Source of the DNA: Clostridia bacterium
GTDB taxonomy: Bacteria; Bacillota; Clostridia; TANB77; CAG-465
DNA length: 64,000 nt
Assembly (NCBI GenBank): GCA_045604405.1
Contig: JAZUNZ010000018.1
Location: forward strand, 499 to 64,498
Direction: 5' to 3'
The notes beneath the pieces were generated by a model. It had not been told where the DNA came from and made no database searches. It worked only from the letters and a program-made list of their open reading frames with translations. Shown here one piece after another: positions 29,619 to 39,154 of this stretch. How positions within the stretch are numbered: position 1 is the first letter of the stretch; each line of letters starts with the position of its first letter. The position numbers and the translations under genes were made by a program.

Positions 29619-29707
29619 TGGTGGGAAAGACCGGAATCGAACCGGTACGAGGTTTAACCCTCGCAGGATTTTAAGTCCTGTGCGTCTGCCAGTTCCGCCA
29701 CTATCCC
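29619..29707 (-). tRNA. tRNA-Leu(TAA)
   Basis: Reverse complement GGGATAGTGGCGGAACTGGCAGACGCACAGGACTTAAAATCCTG...GGTTCGATTCCGGTCTTTCCCACCA: anticodon UAA, long variable arm, encoded CCA. Promoter TTGACT-17-TAATAT at 29747-29719. Confidence 0.97.
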
Positions 29708-29828
29708 ATGCAAGTTATATATTAACATTTTTGATGAATAAAGTCAAGAAAATTTTTAAAAATATTTTCATTAAAGTATAATTTCTTCCTTTTAACCATA
29801 TATTGTAACAAGAATGAGGGGGAATATT

Positions 29829-31097
29829 ATGCTAAAGTTAAAGAAAATGTTAGCAATAATTGTAGTATGTGTATTTTTGTTTAATTTAATTATACCATCT
29901 GTTATATATGCGGCTTTACCGGATTTTGCAATAGTAGAAAGCAATAGTAGCAGCATTGATGCGAATAGCAAAAATTATAAAACGGCAGAATCATCAATTC
30001 AAACGGCTGTGGCGCCAACTTTTGTTTTTCAGTCGGCATCACAAATACTTATGGAAGCTACAACAGGCGAAATAATATATGCAAATAATGAAAACGAAAG
30101 ACTATTACCTGCATCTGTGACAAAGGTAATGACACTATTGCTTATTATGGAGCAGATAGATAGTGGAAACCTAAAATATACAGATGCAGTTACATGTAGT
30201 AGCACAGCTTCTGGAATGGGAGGATCTCAAATATGGTTTAAAGAAGGGGAAAGCTTAACAATAGATGAAGCCTTAAAATGCATTTGTGTAGTATCTGCAA
30301 ATGACGTAAGTTATGCTATGGCAGAGCTTGTAGGTGGTAGTCACGAAAACTTTGTAGCTATGATGAATACAAAAGCAAAAGAATTAGGTATGGTAAATAC
30401 TAATTTTATGAATGCTCATGGTATAGATGAACAAGGCCATTATACTACTGCAAAAGATATAGCTATAATGTCAAAAGAATTAATTACTAAACATCCGGAT
30501 GTTATAAAGTATACAACAATTTGGATGGATAGTATAAGAGGCGGAACATTTGAACTGGCAAACACAAACAAATTGTTAAAAACCTATGAGGGTATGACAG
30601 GACTTAAAACGGGTTCTACATCTCAAGCTTTGTTTAATTTGTCTGCAACAGCAAATCGTGATGGCTTGTCGCTCATTGCGGTTGTAATGAAGGCGCCGAC
30701 AAGTGCTATAAGAAACCAAGAAATTACAACACTTTTAAACTATGGTTTTTCTGCATATTCTAGTGAAAAAATATGTTCTAAAGGTGAGCTGATAGAGAAA
30801 CTAAAAATAAGCAAAAATGTAAATTGCGAAGCGGAAATAATTTTAGAAAAAGATGAGTATTTAATTAGTAAAAAGGGTGAAAGTAAGGAATATGATAGGG
30901 TTGTAGAATATAACCAAAATTTAAAAGCACCTATTGCTAAGGGGACTGTTGTAGGTGTGTTAAAATTTGTAGATAAAGCTTCAAATGTTTTGATGCAAAC
31001 TAACCTTATAGTAAATCAAGATGTTGTAAAATCTACGCTTTGGGATTATATGGTATATGTCATGAATACTTATATGATAAAAGGATTAAAAAAATGA
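29829..31097 (+). CDS. dacF: D-alanyl-D-alanine carboxypeptidase (DacF-like)
   Basis: Signal peptide, SxxK (ASVTK), SxN (SAND), KTG, and GMGGSQIW typical of DacF. Confidence 0.85.
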   Translation: MLKLKKMLAIIVVCVFLFNLIIPSVIYAALPDFAIVESNSSSIDANSKNYKTAESSIQTAVAPTFVFQSASQILMEATTGEIIYANNENERLLPASVTKVMTLLLIMEQIDSGNLKYTDAVTCSSTASGMGGSQIWFKEGESLTIDEALKCICVVSANDVSYAMAELVGGSHENFVAMMNTKAKELGMVNTNFMNAHGIDEQGHYTTAKDIAIMSKELITKHPDVIKYTTIWMDSIRGGTFELANTNKLLKTYEGMTGLKTGSTSQALFNLSATANRDGLSLIAVVMKAPTSAIRNQEITTLLNYGFSAYSSEKICSKGELIEKLKISKNVNCEAEIILEKDEYLISKKGESKEYDRVVEYNQNLKAPIAKGTVVGVLKFVDKASNVLMQTNLIVNQDVVKSTLWDYMVYVMNTYMIKGLKK

Positions 31098-31131
31098 CGT
31101 AGAGAATGTTGTTTAATAGCGTAAAATAGCA

Positions 31132-31176
31132 GTAAAGAAGATGCAATATTTCAGGAATATTACATCTTCTTTACAT
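31132..31176 (+). terminator. Hairpin after dacF
   Basis: GTAAAGAAGATG-C-AATATT...AATATT-A-CATCTTCTTTAC. Confidence 0.7.
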
Positions 31177-31210
31177 TTGCGTTAATACCATCATAAATCG
31201 TTTATTTTGG

Positions 31211-31239
31211 TTGACTATTCGGTCGGTTTATTATATTAT
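31211..31239 (+). promoter_or_regulatory. Putative sigma-A promoter of the Tad-like locus
   Basis: TTGACT-17-TATTAT with an imperfect GACT-N4-GGTC palindrome over the -35 element. Confidence 0.55.
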
Positions 31240-31267
31240 TTTCACAGTATTATGGAGGTTTATACAT

Positions 31268-32377
31268 ATGATAGGAATGAATCAAATAAAGAAAAGATTA
31301 ATTAACGGAATTTTAATAGGTCTTGGAGTAGGACTTGTGCTTGTAATAGTTACAATAATAGTATCAAGTAATATTGTTAAAGGATATGAAGAAGGCACAA
31401 ACGAAAACTTTTTACAAAATTACACATCAAATGTTGTAACATTTACAAGAGATGTTGTACAAGGTGAAACAATAACTGCAGACATGCTTACTACTACGAG
31501 AATACACAACAATACAGTTCCAAGTGGAGCATATACGTCTGCTGGAGCGGTTGTAGGTCAAGTAGCAAAATATAACATAGTAAGAAATGCTACAGCGGTT
31601 TCAAGTATGGTATCAGATAAAGTAATATCTCAAGACATGAGAATTCAAGAAATTAATGCTGTTGTATTACCAACAGATTTAATGGTGAATGATTTCATAG
31701 ATATACGTTTAATGTATCCAAGTGGTGTTGAATATATAGTGCTTGCTCAAAAACAAGTAACAAAAATATCTGGAACTACAATCTGGATGGACATGTCTGA
31801 AGAAGACACATTAATGTTAAACAGTGCTATAGTAGATTCATATTTAACTGATGGAACAAAATTATATGCAGTAAAATATACAGACCCTACGACACAAATA
31901 AAATTAGGGGCTTCTGAAGAAGCTATAAATCAAGCAAGAATATATCTTAAGGATGCAATTGCTAAAGAATTAGCAGGTTTTGATAGTATAGATGAAGTTT
32001 ACACTACAGAACAAAGACAAACTGGAAATGTTGATATATATGGGGAACCAACAACAATAAATGTTGTAACTGCAAGAAATGAAATAATAGACATTATAAC
32101 AAGATATGCTATTGAATATAGATATTATGTTGAATCATACAACAAAATAGAAGCAAACTATCAACCAAATGCTCAAGTAATGGCATATATGAGAGAAAAC
32201 GAATACGTAGTTAAACAAGCTAAGGAAAAGTTAAGTGAAACAGCTAGACAAAATATTGAAAGAAGTATAGCCCTATTTGAAAATTCAAATTCAGAAGGAT
32301 ACGCTAATGTAGTATCAGGAATAAACACTTCAGTTAGCGCACAACAAGCTTTAAGAAATCAAGCATTAGGACAATAA
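31268..32377 (+). CDS. SAF-domain / CpaB(RcpC)-like pilus assembly protein
   Basis: RBS GGAGGT before ATG 31268; N-terminal TM; VVTFTRDVVQGETITADML (SAF-like); LPTDL..NDFIDIRL...YIVLAQKQV (RcpC-like). Confidence 0.7.
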   Translation: MIGMNQIKKRLINGILIGLGVGLVLVIVTIIVSSNIVKGYEEGTNENFLQNYTSNVVTFTRDVVQGETITADMLTTTRIHNNTVPSGAYTSAGAVVGQVAKYNIVRNATAVSSMVSDKVISQDMRIQEINAVVLPTDLMVNDFIDIRLMYPSGVEYIVLAQKQVTKISGTTIWMDMSEEDTLMLNSAIVDSYLTDGTKLYAVKYTDPTTQIKLGASEEAINQARIYLKDAIAKELAGFDSIDEVYTTEQRQTGNVDIYGEPTTINVVTARNEIIDIITRYAIEYRYYVESYNKIEANYQPNAQVMAYMRENEYVVKQAKEKLSETARQNIERSIALFENSNSEGYANVVSGINTSVSAQQALRNQALGQ

Positions 32378-32391
32378 TTTAGGAGGAACAA

Positions 32392-33117
32392 ATGCAAAAA
32401 GTAATAGGTTTGGTAGGATATGTAAATAAAACAGAATATATTATTAATTTAGCTAAGGTTTTATCTATAACAGGAAAATCTGTACTAGTTATTGATGGTA
32501 CGGTTGAAGAACGTTTAAGATATTCTATACCAGCCTTTAATAATTCTGAAAAAGAATATTTAGTACATTTTGATGGTGTAGATTATGCTTTGGGCTTTAG
32601 AAGCATCGAAAGCATAAAAGAATATATATGTAAGAAAACATCTAATGCGGATAGCTATGACATTATATTAATAGACATAGATAATGTTGGGGCGTATGAA
32701 GATTTTAGACAAGAAAACTTTTCAAAAACGTTTTTCTTCATAGAATATTTAAATATTTCTATAGCAAAAAATGAAGAACTATTAAAAGTGATAACAAGTT
32801 ATGAGGCGGTAGATAGGAAGCCGGTACTTACAAGAGTAATATTTAAACAATATGTTACAAGAGCTAGCGAAAGGTATTTTGAAAATAAGATACTAGAATA
32901 TCCAGTTGAATGGAATGAAGCTTCATATGAGCTTCCATATATGGATCAAGATAGGATTGCAGATATAGAATTTGAACAAAGTGGCTATATAGACATGAAT
33001 AGACATACAAAACAATATACTATGCTTGTAACAGATATGGCATCAGATATTATTGGAGACGTTCAAGCGGGCGAAATAAGAAAAATGGTAAAAATGTATA
33101 CAAGGGGGAGAATGTAA
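32392..33117 (+). CDS. Degenerate ParA/MinD-like P-loop protein (TadZ/CpaE-like)
   Basis: IGLVGYVNKTE...NLAKVL..TGKSVLVIDG...YDIILID; the Walker A motif is degenerate. Confidence 0.6.
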   Translation: MQKVIGLVGYVNKTEYIINLAKVLSITGKSVLVIDGTVEERLRYSIPAFNNSEKEYLVHFDGVDYALGFRSIESIKEYICKKTSNADSYDIILIDIDNVGAYEDFRQENFSKTFFFIEYLNISIAKNEELLKVITSYEAVDRKPVLTRVIFKQYVTRASERYFENKILEYPVEWNEASYELPYMDQDRIADIEFEQSGYIDMNRHTKQYTMLVTDMASDIIGDVQAGEIRKMVKMYTRGRM

Positions 33118-33923
33118 TGCCAAAGATAGTTTTTTGGAGTCCTGTAGCGACATCAATAGGACAAACACATGCTAGTATTGCAGTTAGTACTTTAATGGCA
33201 ATTGAAGAAGATTTTTCTAACATTCTTTTACATGGACATTGGCAAGCGAAGAAAATTGAAAGTTCATTTACAGATTATAACTCTTTAAAGGCGCAGAATG
33301 TTTTCAATAGCTCAAGTATAGGAATTACAGCACTGGCTAGACTGGTTGAAAGCAATAAACTTACTCCAGAAAGCATTAGAAATTATGCAAAACCAGTTTT
33401 AAAACAAAGATTAGATGTAATGTACGGAACTAACGTATCTAGTAGAGAACAATTTAGTCAATTAACTAATAGTCTAGATACAGTTATTAAAAAATCTGCA
33501 GAAACATATGACTTAGTGTGGGTAGATCTTCCTAAGGGCATTGAAAAAACATATATAACAGACGCATTAGAAAATGCAGACTATATAATTTGCACTATAA
33601 ATCAAGAAGAAGTATTTTTAGAAGAAGCAATTCAAAAGTACTTGGAAAACGATATTATAAAGAACAAGCCAAAGATGCTTTTGATGTGTAATTACGAATC
33701 TAAATCAAAATATAACATACAAAACATACGTAGAAAGTATGGAATAAAAGAAACAATACATTGTATACCACATAATTTTGTGTTTACAGATGCATGTAAC
33801 GACGGTTCTGTAGTAGACTTTTTCTACAAAAACTTAGGTGCAGATAAAAATGACTATAATGGTTATTTTATTCATGAGATAAGGAATATAACTAAAACAG
33901 TTTTAGATCATGTAAAAATATAA
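33117..33923 (+). CDS. Second degenerate ParA/MinD-like protein
   Basis: IVFWSP...GQT, LDVMYG, YDLVWVDLPKG, ADYII, IPHN..FTDACNDG. Confidence 0.6.
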   Translation: MPKIVFWSPVATSIGQTHASIAVSTLMAIEEDFSNILLHGHWQAKKIESSFTDYNSLKAQNVFNSSSIGITALARLVESNKLTPESIRNYAKPVLKQRLDVMYGTNVSSREQFSQLTNSLDTVIKKSAETYDLVWVDLPKGIEKTYITDALENADYIICTINQEEVFLEEAIQKYLENDIIKNKPKMLLMCNYESKSKYNIQNIRRKYGIKETIHCIPHNFVFTDACNDGSVVDFFYKNLGADKNDYNGYFIHEIRNITKTVLDHVKI

Positions 33924-33941
33924 GATAAGGAGGAAAGGGCT

Positions 33942-35834
33942 TTGTCACTATCATTTATATTAAATATAATATTAATTTTGGTTGTATTAGCACTTGTTGT
34001 AGCAGGAATATATTATGCGGCCACAAGTAGAAAAGAAGCAGATTCGGTTGATGAAGTTGAACGTGAAAGACAAAGATATAGTATAAAAGGAATGACGGAA
34101 TTCATAAAACATGAGTTTGATGAAATAACCAGAATGAATTTGTATGATCTTGCTCTTTCTGAAGATGAGTTCGAAAGAAGAAAGAATACAAAATATGAAT
34201 TAAAGAAAGCGTTAAAAGGAGCAGGATATGCTTCTGCAAACGACAAGAAGTATGTAAAAACATTGATGTTTGACCTTTTAAGGAACCAATATAAAGTAAC
34301 AGATAGAAACTTAAACTATGCGATTCCTTTTGACAGCAAGGAAAAACTAACAAGTCAAGATAAGTTTGATATACTACTTCACATATATAAGAAGAAATAT
34401 AAATCTAATGCACTAAATCAAATAATTACAAAATACAGATTAGATGAACCTAAATTTCAATTTGATTCAGCCGTACCTTCTTATGTTATAACACCAGAAG
34501 AAATAGACAACATATTTGAACAAGAAGTTTCAGGAACGATTATAGATTTTGATGATAAATTAGAAATAGTAGTTCAAAGAATATATCAAGGATACAAAGG
34601 ATTTAGCGTAATTGATGATATCCGTGACCAAAACATAGATGGAGTATCTGGTGGAGTATCTGGTATACCACCAAGCTTCTTAGATCAAGTTGGCGATATG
34701 GAAGATTATCTTGATCAAACAGGAAAACTTAATATACCAATGTCGTATGATTCAGTATGGATTTTCTATAAAGGTAAGTCAATGTATCTATCCTTCCTAT
34801 CATTTGGAAGCGAAGCAGAATTAAGAAGAGTTTGTCAAAACATATATAAATACAACAATCCAGGTCAGTTATCTGAGTCAGTTGGTTTCAAAATCAACGA
34901 GATGAAGGATGGTTCCAGAATAGTTGTATTAAGACCAAACTTTTCAGAATCTTGGGCATTCTTCGTAAGAAAGTTTGCTCCGCCAGTATTAATAAATGCT
35001 GAGCAATTGTTAGTACATAAAAATAAAGAGCCAGTAATAGAGCTTTTAAAATATTTAATTAGAGGAGCTCGTGTTACAGCAATAACAGGTGAGCAAGGTT
35101 GTGGTAAAACTACACTTCTTATGGCTATAATGAAATACCTTTACCCAACAATCACAATGCGTGTTCAAGAAACAGCATTCGAGCTACACCTAAGAAAAAT
35201 ATATCCTAGAAACAATATCTTGTCTTTAAGAGAGACAGATACAATCACTGGACAAATGGGACTAGATGTTCAGAAAAAAACAGATGGTGGTGTTAATATG
35301 CTAGGAGAGGTTGCAACAGACCCAGTTGCTGCATGGATGATCCAAATGGCACAGGTTGCATCTAAGTTTACATTATTTACACACCATGCAAAAACTTTCC
35401 CAAACCTTATAACTGCACTAAGAAACTCACTTTTAAAAATTGGTATGTTCAACAACGAAGATGTTGCAGAAGTACAGGTTGTAAATGTAATTAACTTTGA
35501 CATTCACCTAAAAAGAGGTGTTGACGGAACAAGATATATAGAAAGAATAACTGAATGTATTCCAAAAGAGAAAGAATTTAAATATCACGAGGGATACAAA
35601 ACAGCTAAAAACATGGAAGGAAAATGGGAAGCTTTCATGGATAATGCGACAGAATACTTTAAGCATATGACACAAACTTCAAACTACGACTATCACAATA
35701 TAGTTGAGTTTAAAGATGGGGAATATGTATTCGTACATCAACTTTCAGAAGCAAATGTTGAGGCTATGAGAGAAAATATGTCTGATGAGGACATTAAAGC
35801 TTTTGATAAATTCTTAGATACTGCGTGGGGGTGA
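33942..35834 (+). CDS. CpaF/TadA (VirB11-family) pilus assembly ATPase with N-terminal TM
   Basis: TTG start after AAGGAGG; DGSRIVV.RP, FFVRKF, Walker A GEQGCGKT, QETAFEL, Walker B MLGEV, FTHHAK. Confidence 0.85.
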   Translation: MSLSFILNIILILVVLALVVAGIYYAATSRKEADSVDEVERERQRYSIKGMTEFIKHEFDEITRMNLYDLALSEDEFERRKNTKYELKKALKGAGYASANDKKYVKTLMFDLLRNQYKVTDRNLNYAIPFDSKEKLTSQDKFDILLHIYKKKYKSNALNQIITKYRLDEPKFQFDSAVPSYVITPEEIDNIFEQEVSGTIIDFDDKLEIVVQRIYQGYKGFSVIDDIRDQNIDGVSGGVSGIPPSFLDQVGDMEDYLDQTGKLNIPMSYDSVWIFYKGKSMYLSFLSFGSEAELRRVCQNIYKYNNPGQLSESVGFKINEMKDGSRIVVLRPNFSESWAFFVRKFAPPVLINAEQLLVHKNKEPVIELLKYLIRGARVTAITGEQGCGKTTLLMAIMKYLYPTITMRVQETAFELHLRKIYPRNNILSLRETDTITGQMGLDVQKKTDGGVNMLGEVATDPVAAWMIQMAQVASKFTLFTHHAKTFPNLITALRNSLLKIGMFNNEDVAEVQVVNVINFDIHLKRGVDGTRYIERITECIPKEKEFKYHEGYKTAKNMEGKWEAFMDNATEYFKHMTQTSNYDYHNIVEFKDGEYVFVHQLSEANVEAMRENMSDEDIKAFDKFLDTAWG

Positions 35835-35841
35835 GTAGATA

Positions 35842-37917
35842 GTGGCAGTAGGTAACAACATATGGTATATTATAGGTGGCATGGTATCAGTTGCGACATT
35901 AGGATTACTTGCTGTTATAATATACTACCAGGCAACCAAGAAGAAATATTCAGCCAACAAAAAGTTGTATCAAAAAGATCAAATAGTAGTAAAAAATAAA
36001 ACTAGTGTAAGAGATATTTTTGATAGAATATTTCAAATAGCATATTTGGTGTTAATAAAAATACCAATAGTAAAGCACTATACTAAGAAGACAAGACTTA
36101 AACTTGAAATGGTTAACGACTATACTGAGTATGAGATTAGAAAGAAAACAGGCTCTATAATGTTAGGCTCACTTCTATTTATATTTGCTGCATTATTTGT
36201 TTTCTTAAATGTAGTTTCAGACTTATATATGGCAGCAGTAGTAACGCTTATGGTATTTATCATAAACGATGTAATGGTAAATTCAAGAGTTAATAAAGTT
36301 GCAGATAAAATATTAAGACAATTACCAGAAGTATTTACTGAAATTAGACACTCATTTCACGAACATGGGATGATAGAAGAAGCATTTAACGATGCTATAG
36401 ATGAACTTGAAGATAAAGAAATAATGCCTCAAATAAGAAAAATTAAAGAGGCGATAATGTCAGATAATCCAGAAGTTCAACTGGAAAAATATTATGATAC
36501 AGCTCCTAATAAATTTTTAAAACTATTTGCTGGTGTTTCTTATCTTACAATGGAGCTTGGAGATAGAAAAGTAGAGGGAGTATCGGTTTATCTTAAAAAC
36601 TTAAATAACATATTAAATGACGTTTATCTAGAAATACTAAAAAAAGATAAAATAAACTATATGTTTAGAAGCTTAACAGGAATAGCAATTGCACCAATAT
36701 TCTTTATACAAATAGTAGAAAATTGGGCGGTATCTAATTTCCCAGCGCTTATAAACTTCTATTCAAGTAGTTTCGGGTTTATAGTACAGGCTATTCTTAT
36801 GGTTTCGATATTTGTAGCCTACTTCTTATTAAAAGTTATAAAAGAAGACTCAAACGAAATTAAATTCGATAGAATAGCAACAGTAAAATGGCAGGACAAG
36901 GCATATAAATTGCCTCTAGTAAAATTTATAATAAATGGATTTATGCCAGCAGAGCATACAAAAAAATATCTGAAATTGTCAGATAGAATAAAATCTACAA
37001 ACTCGTTCTTAACAATGCAGTGGTTTTACATTAATAAGTTTATGTATGCAGTGGTTGCATTTGTGGCGATGTTTATATTATTAATAAATATACATGTAAT
37101 AGACTTAAACAGTATATACAATGATATAAGCGAGGAGTTTATAGGCCTTGGAACATTGTCACCTGAGGATCAACACGCTGCAGAACTTATGAATAAACAG
37201 GATAAAGAGGTTGTAGACAAATTAAAAGATGAAAAAAATATTTCCAGAGAAGATATAAAATATGAATTACAAAAGGTTACCGGAGGACAAGTTGACGACA
37301 CAGATATTGATAGAGTATTAGAAAAAATCGAGGGGGTTAAGAACAATTTCCTAAAATTCTGGGAAGTAATTATAGCGCTTATAATAGCATGGATAGCATA
37401 CTTTATACCAAATATTACGCTATTTATGAAAAATAAAATACGAGCTTTAGAAAAAGAAGATGAAGTAATGCAATTCCAATCTATTATACTTATGCTAATG
37501 TATATAGAGCGTGTAGATGTACAAACAATATTAGAGTGGCTAGAAAGATATGCATATGCATTTAAAGAGCCAATATCTACAGCGCTAAACAATTATGAGG
37601 CAGGAGCAATTGAGGCTCTAGAAGACTTAAAAGATACGGTTCCTCAAAAAGACTTCAAACGTATAATCGAAGCATTGATTTCAGCAGTTGAAAGAATACC
37701 AATAAAAGATGCTTTCGATGAGCTAGAAACGGAAAGAAGTTTCCAATATGAGAGAAGAAAAGACACAAATGAAAGAATTATACAAAAGAAAACATCCATG
37801 GGTAAAGCCATAGGATTTGCTCCTTTGATAATACTTGTAGCAGGATATTTTGTTGGACCGTTATTACTTGTAAGCATATTGCAGCTTATGCAATACTTCA
37901 ATCAAATGTCTTTCTAA
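35842..37917 (+). CDS. Apparent TadB-TadC fused platform membrane protein
   Basis: GTG start. Two TM-cytoplasmic-TM units with QLPEVFTEIRH...IEEA and EVMQFQSII...EALEDL helical domains, directly after the ATPase. Confidence 0.65.
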   Translation: MAVGNNIWYIIGGMVSVATLGLLAVIIYYQATKKKYSANKKLYQKDQIVVKNKTSVRDIFDRIFQIAYLVLIKIPIVKHYTKKTRLKLEMVNDYTEYEIRKKTGSIMLGSLLFIFAALFVFLNVVSDLYMAAVVTLMVFIINDVMVNSRVNKVADKILRQLPEVFTEIRHSFHEHGMIEEAFNDAIDELEDKEIMPQIRKIKEAIMSDNPEVQLEKYYDTAPNKFLKLFAGVSYLTMELGDRKVEGVSVYLKNLNNILNDVYLEILKKDKINYMFRSLTGIAIAPIFFIQIVENWAVSNFPALINFYSSSFGFIVQAILMVSIFVAYFLLKVIKEDSNEIKFDRIATVKWQDKAYKLPLVKFIINGFMPAEHTKKYLKLSDRIKSTNSFLTMQWFYINKFMYAVVAFVAMFILLINIHVIDLNSIYNDISEEFIGLGTLSPEDQHAAELMNKQDKEVVDKLKDEKNISREDIKYELQKVTGGQVDDTDIDRVLEKIEGVKNNFLKFWEVIIALIIAWIAYFIPNITLFMKNKIRALEKEDEVMQFQSIILMLMYIERVDVQTILEWLERYAYAFKEPISTALNNYEAGAIEALEDLKDTVPQKDFKRIIEALISAVERIPIKDAFDELETERSFQYERRKDTNERIIQKKTSMGKAIGFAPLIILVAGYFVGPLLLVSILQLMQYFNQMSF

Positions 37918-38021
37918 ACAGGTTGAAACGCCAAATGAGCGTTTAACATATAAAGGTTATATCACTTAGAAAGTGAGTAACAATATATTATAATATATTA
38001 TCTATAAAGGAGGTTAAAAAT

Positions 38022-38540
38022 ATGGATAATGCACAAAAAGCGATTATGATTGGTGTAGGACTTTTCATTACAATCATAATAATATCAGCAGTACTATTAA
38101 TAACAAATATAGGTACAGATTTAATTAACAATTCTAGAGATCAACTTTCTAGTATATCTAAAGCTTTACAAAGCCAAGTAACATCAGCTTATGACGGCAA
38201 AATAATGAATGGTTCAGAAGTGATTTCTGCTTGTACGCTTTATGAAAATTCTGAAATGTCAATAATTGTTTATGTTGACGCTAATAACGTAGCTTATACT
38301 GGAAAATATATGTTAACAGTGAATGATATAGATAACATTTCAACCGACGGTCCCGTTCCAGGTGGAGTTCTGTATGATGGAGACCTAAACGCACATACAG
38401 ATAAAGTGACATTAACTGAATTGCAACAAACAGCAGCTGCTGGCGGATATGGTGTTAATGCAACAAATTCATACTATACATCTGTTATAAAAGATTCAGT
38501 AACTGGCACAGTTATAGGAATAATTTTTGTACAAGCTTAA
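38022..38540 (+). CDS. Pilin-like protein, candidate major subunit
   Basis: MDNAQKAIMIGVGLFITIIIISAVLL N-terminal helix; strong RBS AAGGAGGT; followed by its own terminator. Confidence 0.55.
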   Translation: MDNAQKAIMIGVGLFITIIIISAVLLITNIGTDLINNSRDQLSSISKALQSQVTSAYDGKIMNGSEVISACTLYENSEMSIIVYVDANNVAYTGKYMLTVNDIDNISTDGPVPGGVLYDGDLNAHTDKVTLTELQQTAAAGGYGVNATNSYYTSVIKDSVTGTVIGIIFVQA

Positions 38541-38554
38541 AAAGTCTATAAGTA

Positions 38555-38588
38555 TAAAAGGCATATAATTATGTTGTATGCCTTTTTA
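38555..38588 (+). terminator. Internal terminator after the candidate major pilin
   Basis: AAAAGGCATATAAT...GTTGTATGCCTTTTT. Confidence 0.75.
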
Positions 38589-38678
38589 ACTCTATTTTAA
38601 AGTATGTTGAAATTTAATAAATATAAGAAGATTTAGACAGTCTTTTTATACTTGTTAATTTAAAGAAGGGAGAATGCT

Positions 38679-39143
38679 ATGGAAGACTTTAGTGTAAGAG
38701 CAATAGTTATAGGCGTGTCATTGTTTGTTACAATGATGACGCTATCTGCCATTATAATATATTTTAATACTGCTAAAGGAATTGCAGATGAGGTAAATAA
38801 AAGAACAGATATAGCGTCTTCTTTTGATAACATAGTAAACAGTGAGGATTTTTCGGATGAGCTATCTGGAGTAGAAGTAAGGTCATTAATAAATAAATAT
38901 GCAGGTGTAGCTAATGTAAAAATAAATATAATACTAGTAAATGGAACAAAAACAACAAGACATGACAATATAAATAATAAAGATATTAGTGAAGAAGGGT
39001 GGCTTATACAAACTAACAACTATACAAGTATTATAAGTGAAGAAAAACTAAATATAATAAATCCGGTGTCAAATTATGCTGTGAATAAAGTGGAAAAACT
39101 AAACGAAAAAACACTTGAAATTAGACTAAATGTGAAAGATTAG
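38679..39143 (+). CDS. Pilin-like protein (minor)
   Basis: MEDFSVRAIVIGVSLFVT... helix; LSGVEVRSLINKY motif shared with neighbours. Confidence 0.55.
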   Translation: MEDFSVRAIVIGVSLFVTMMTLSAIIIYFNTAKGIADEVNKRTDIASSFDNIVNSEDFSDELSGVEVRSLINKYAGVANVKINIILVNGTKTTRHDNINNKDISEEGWLIQTNNYTSIISEEKLNIINPVSNYAVNKVEKLNEKTLEIRLNVKD

Positions 39144-39154
39144 GGTGAAAATTA

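Larger units (their letters stand above)
28182..29633. mobile_element. tRNA-Leu-anchored genomic islet carrying one ATPase gene, no integrase
   Basis: Bounded by 18-bp direct repeats of the tRNA 3' end; very AT-rich. Confidence 0.6.

Noticed and set aside
37917-38021. c-di-GMP riboswitch upstream of the pilin
   Set aside because: Two hairpins are present but the class I and class II consensus nucleotides are not.
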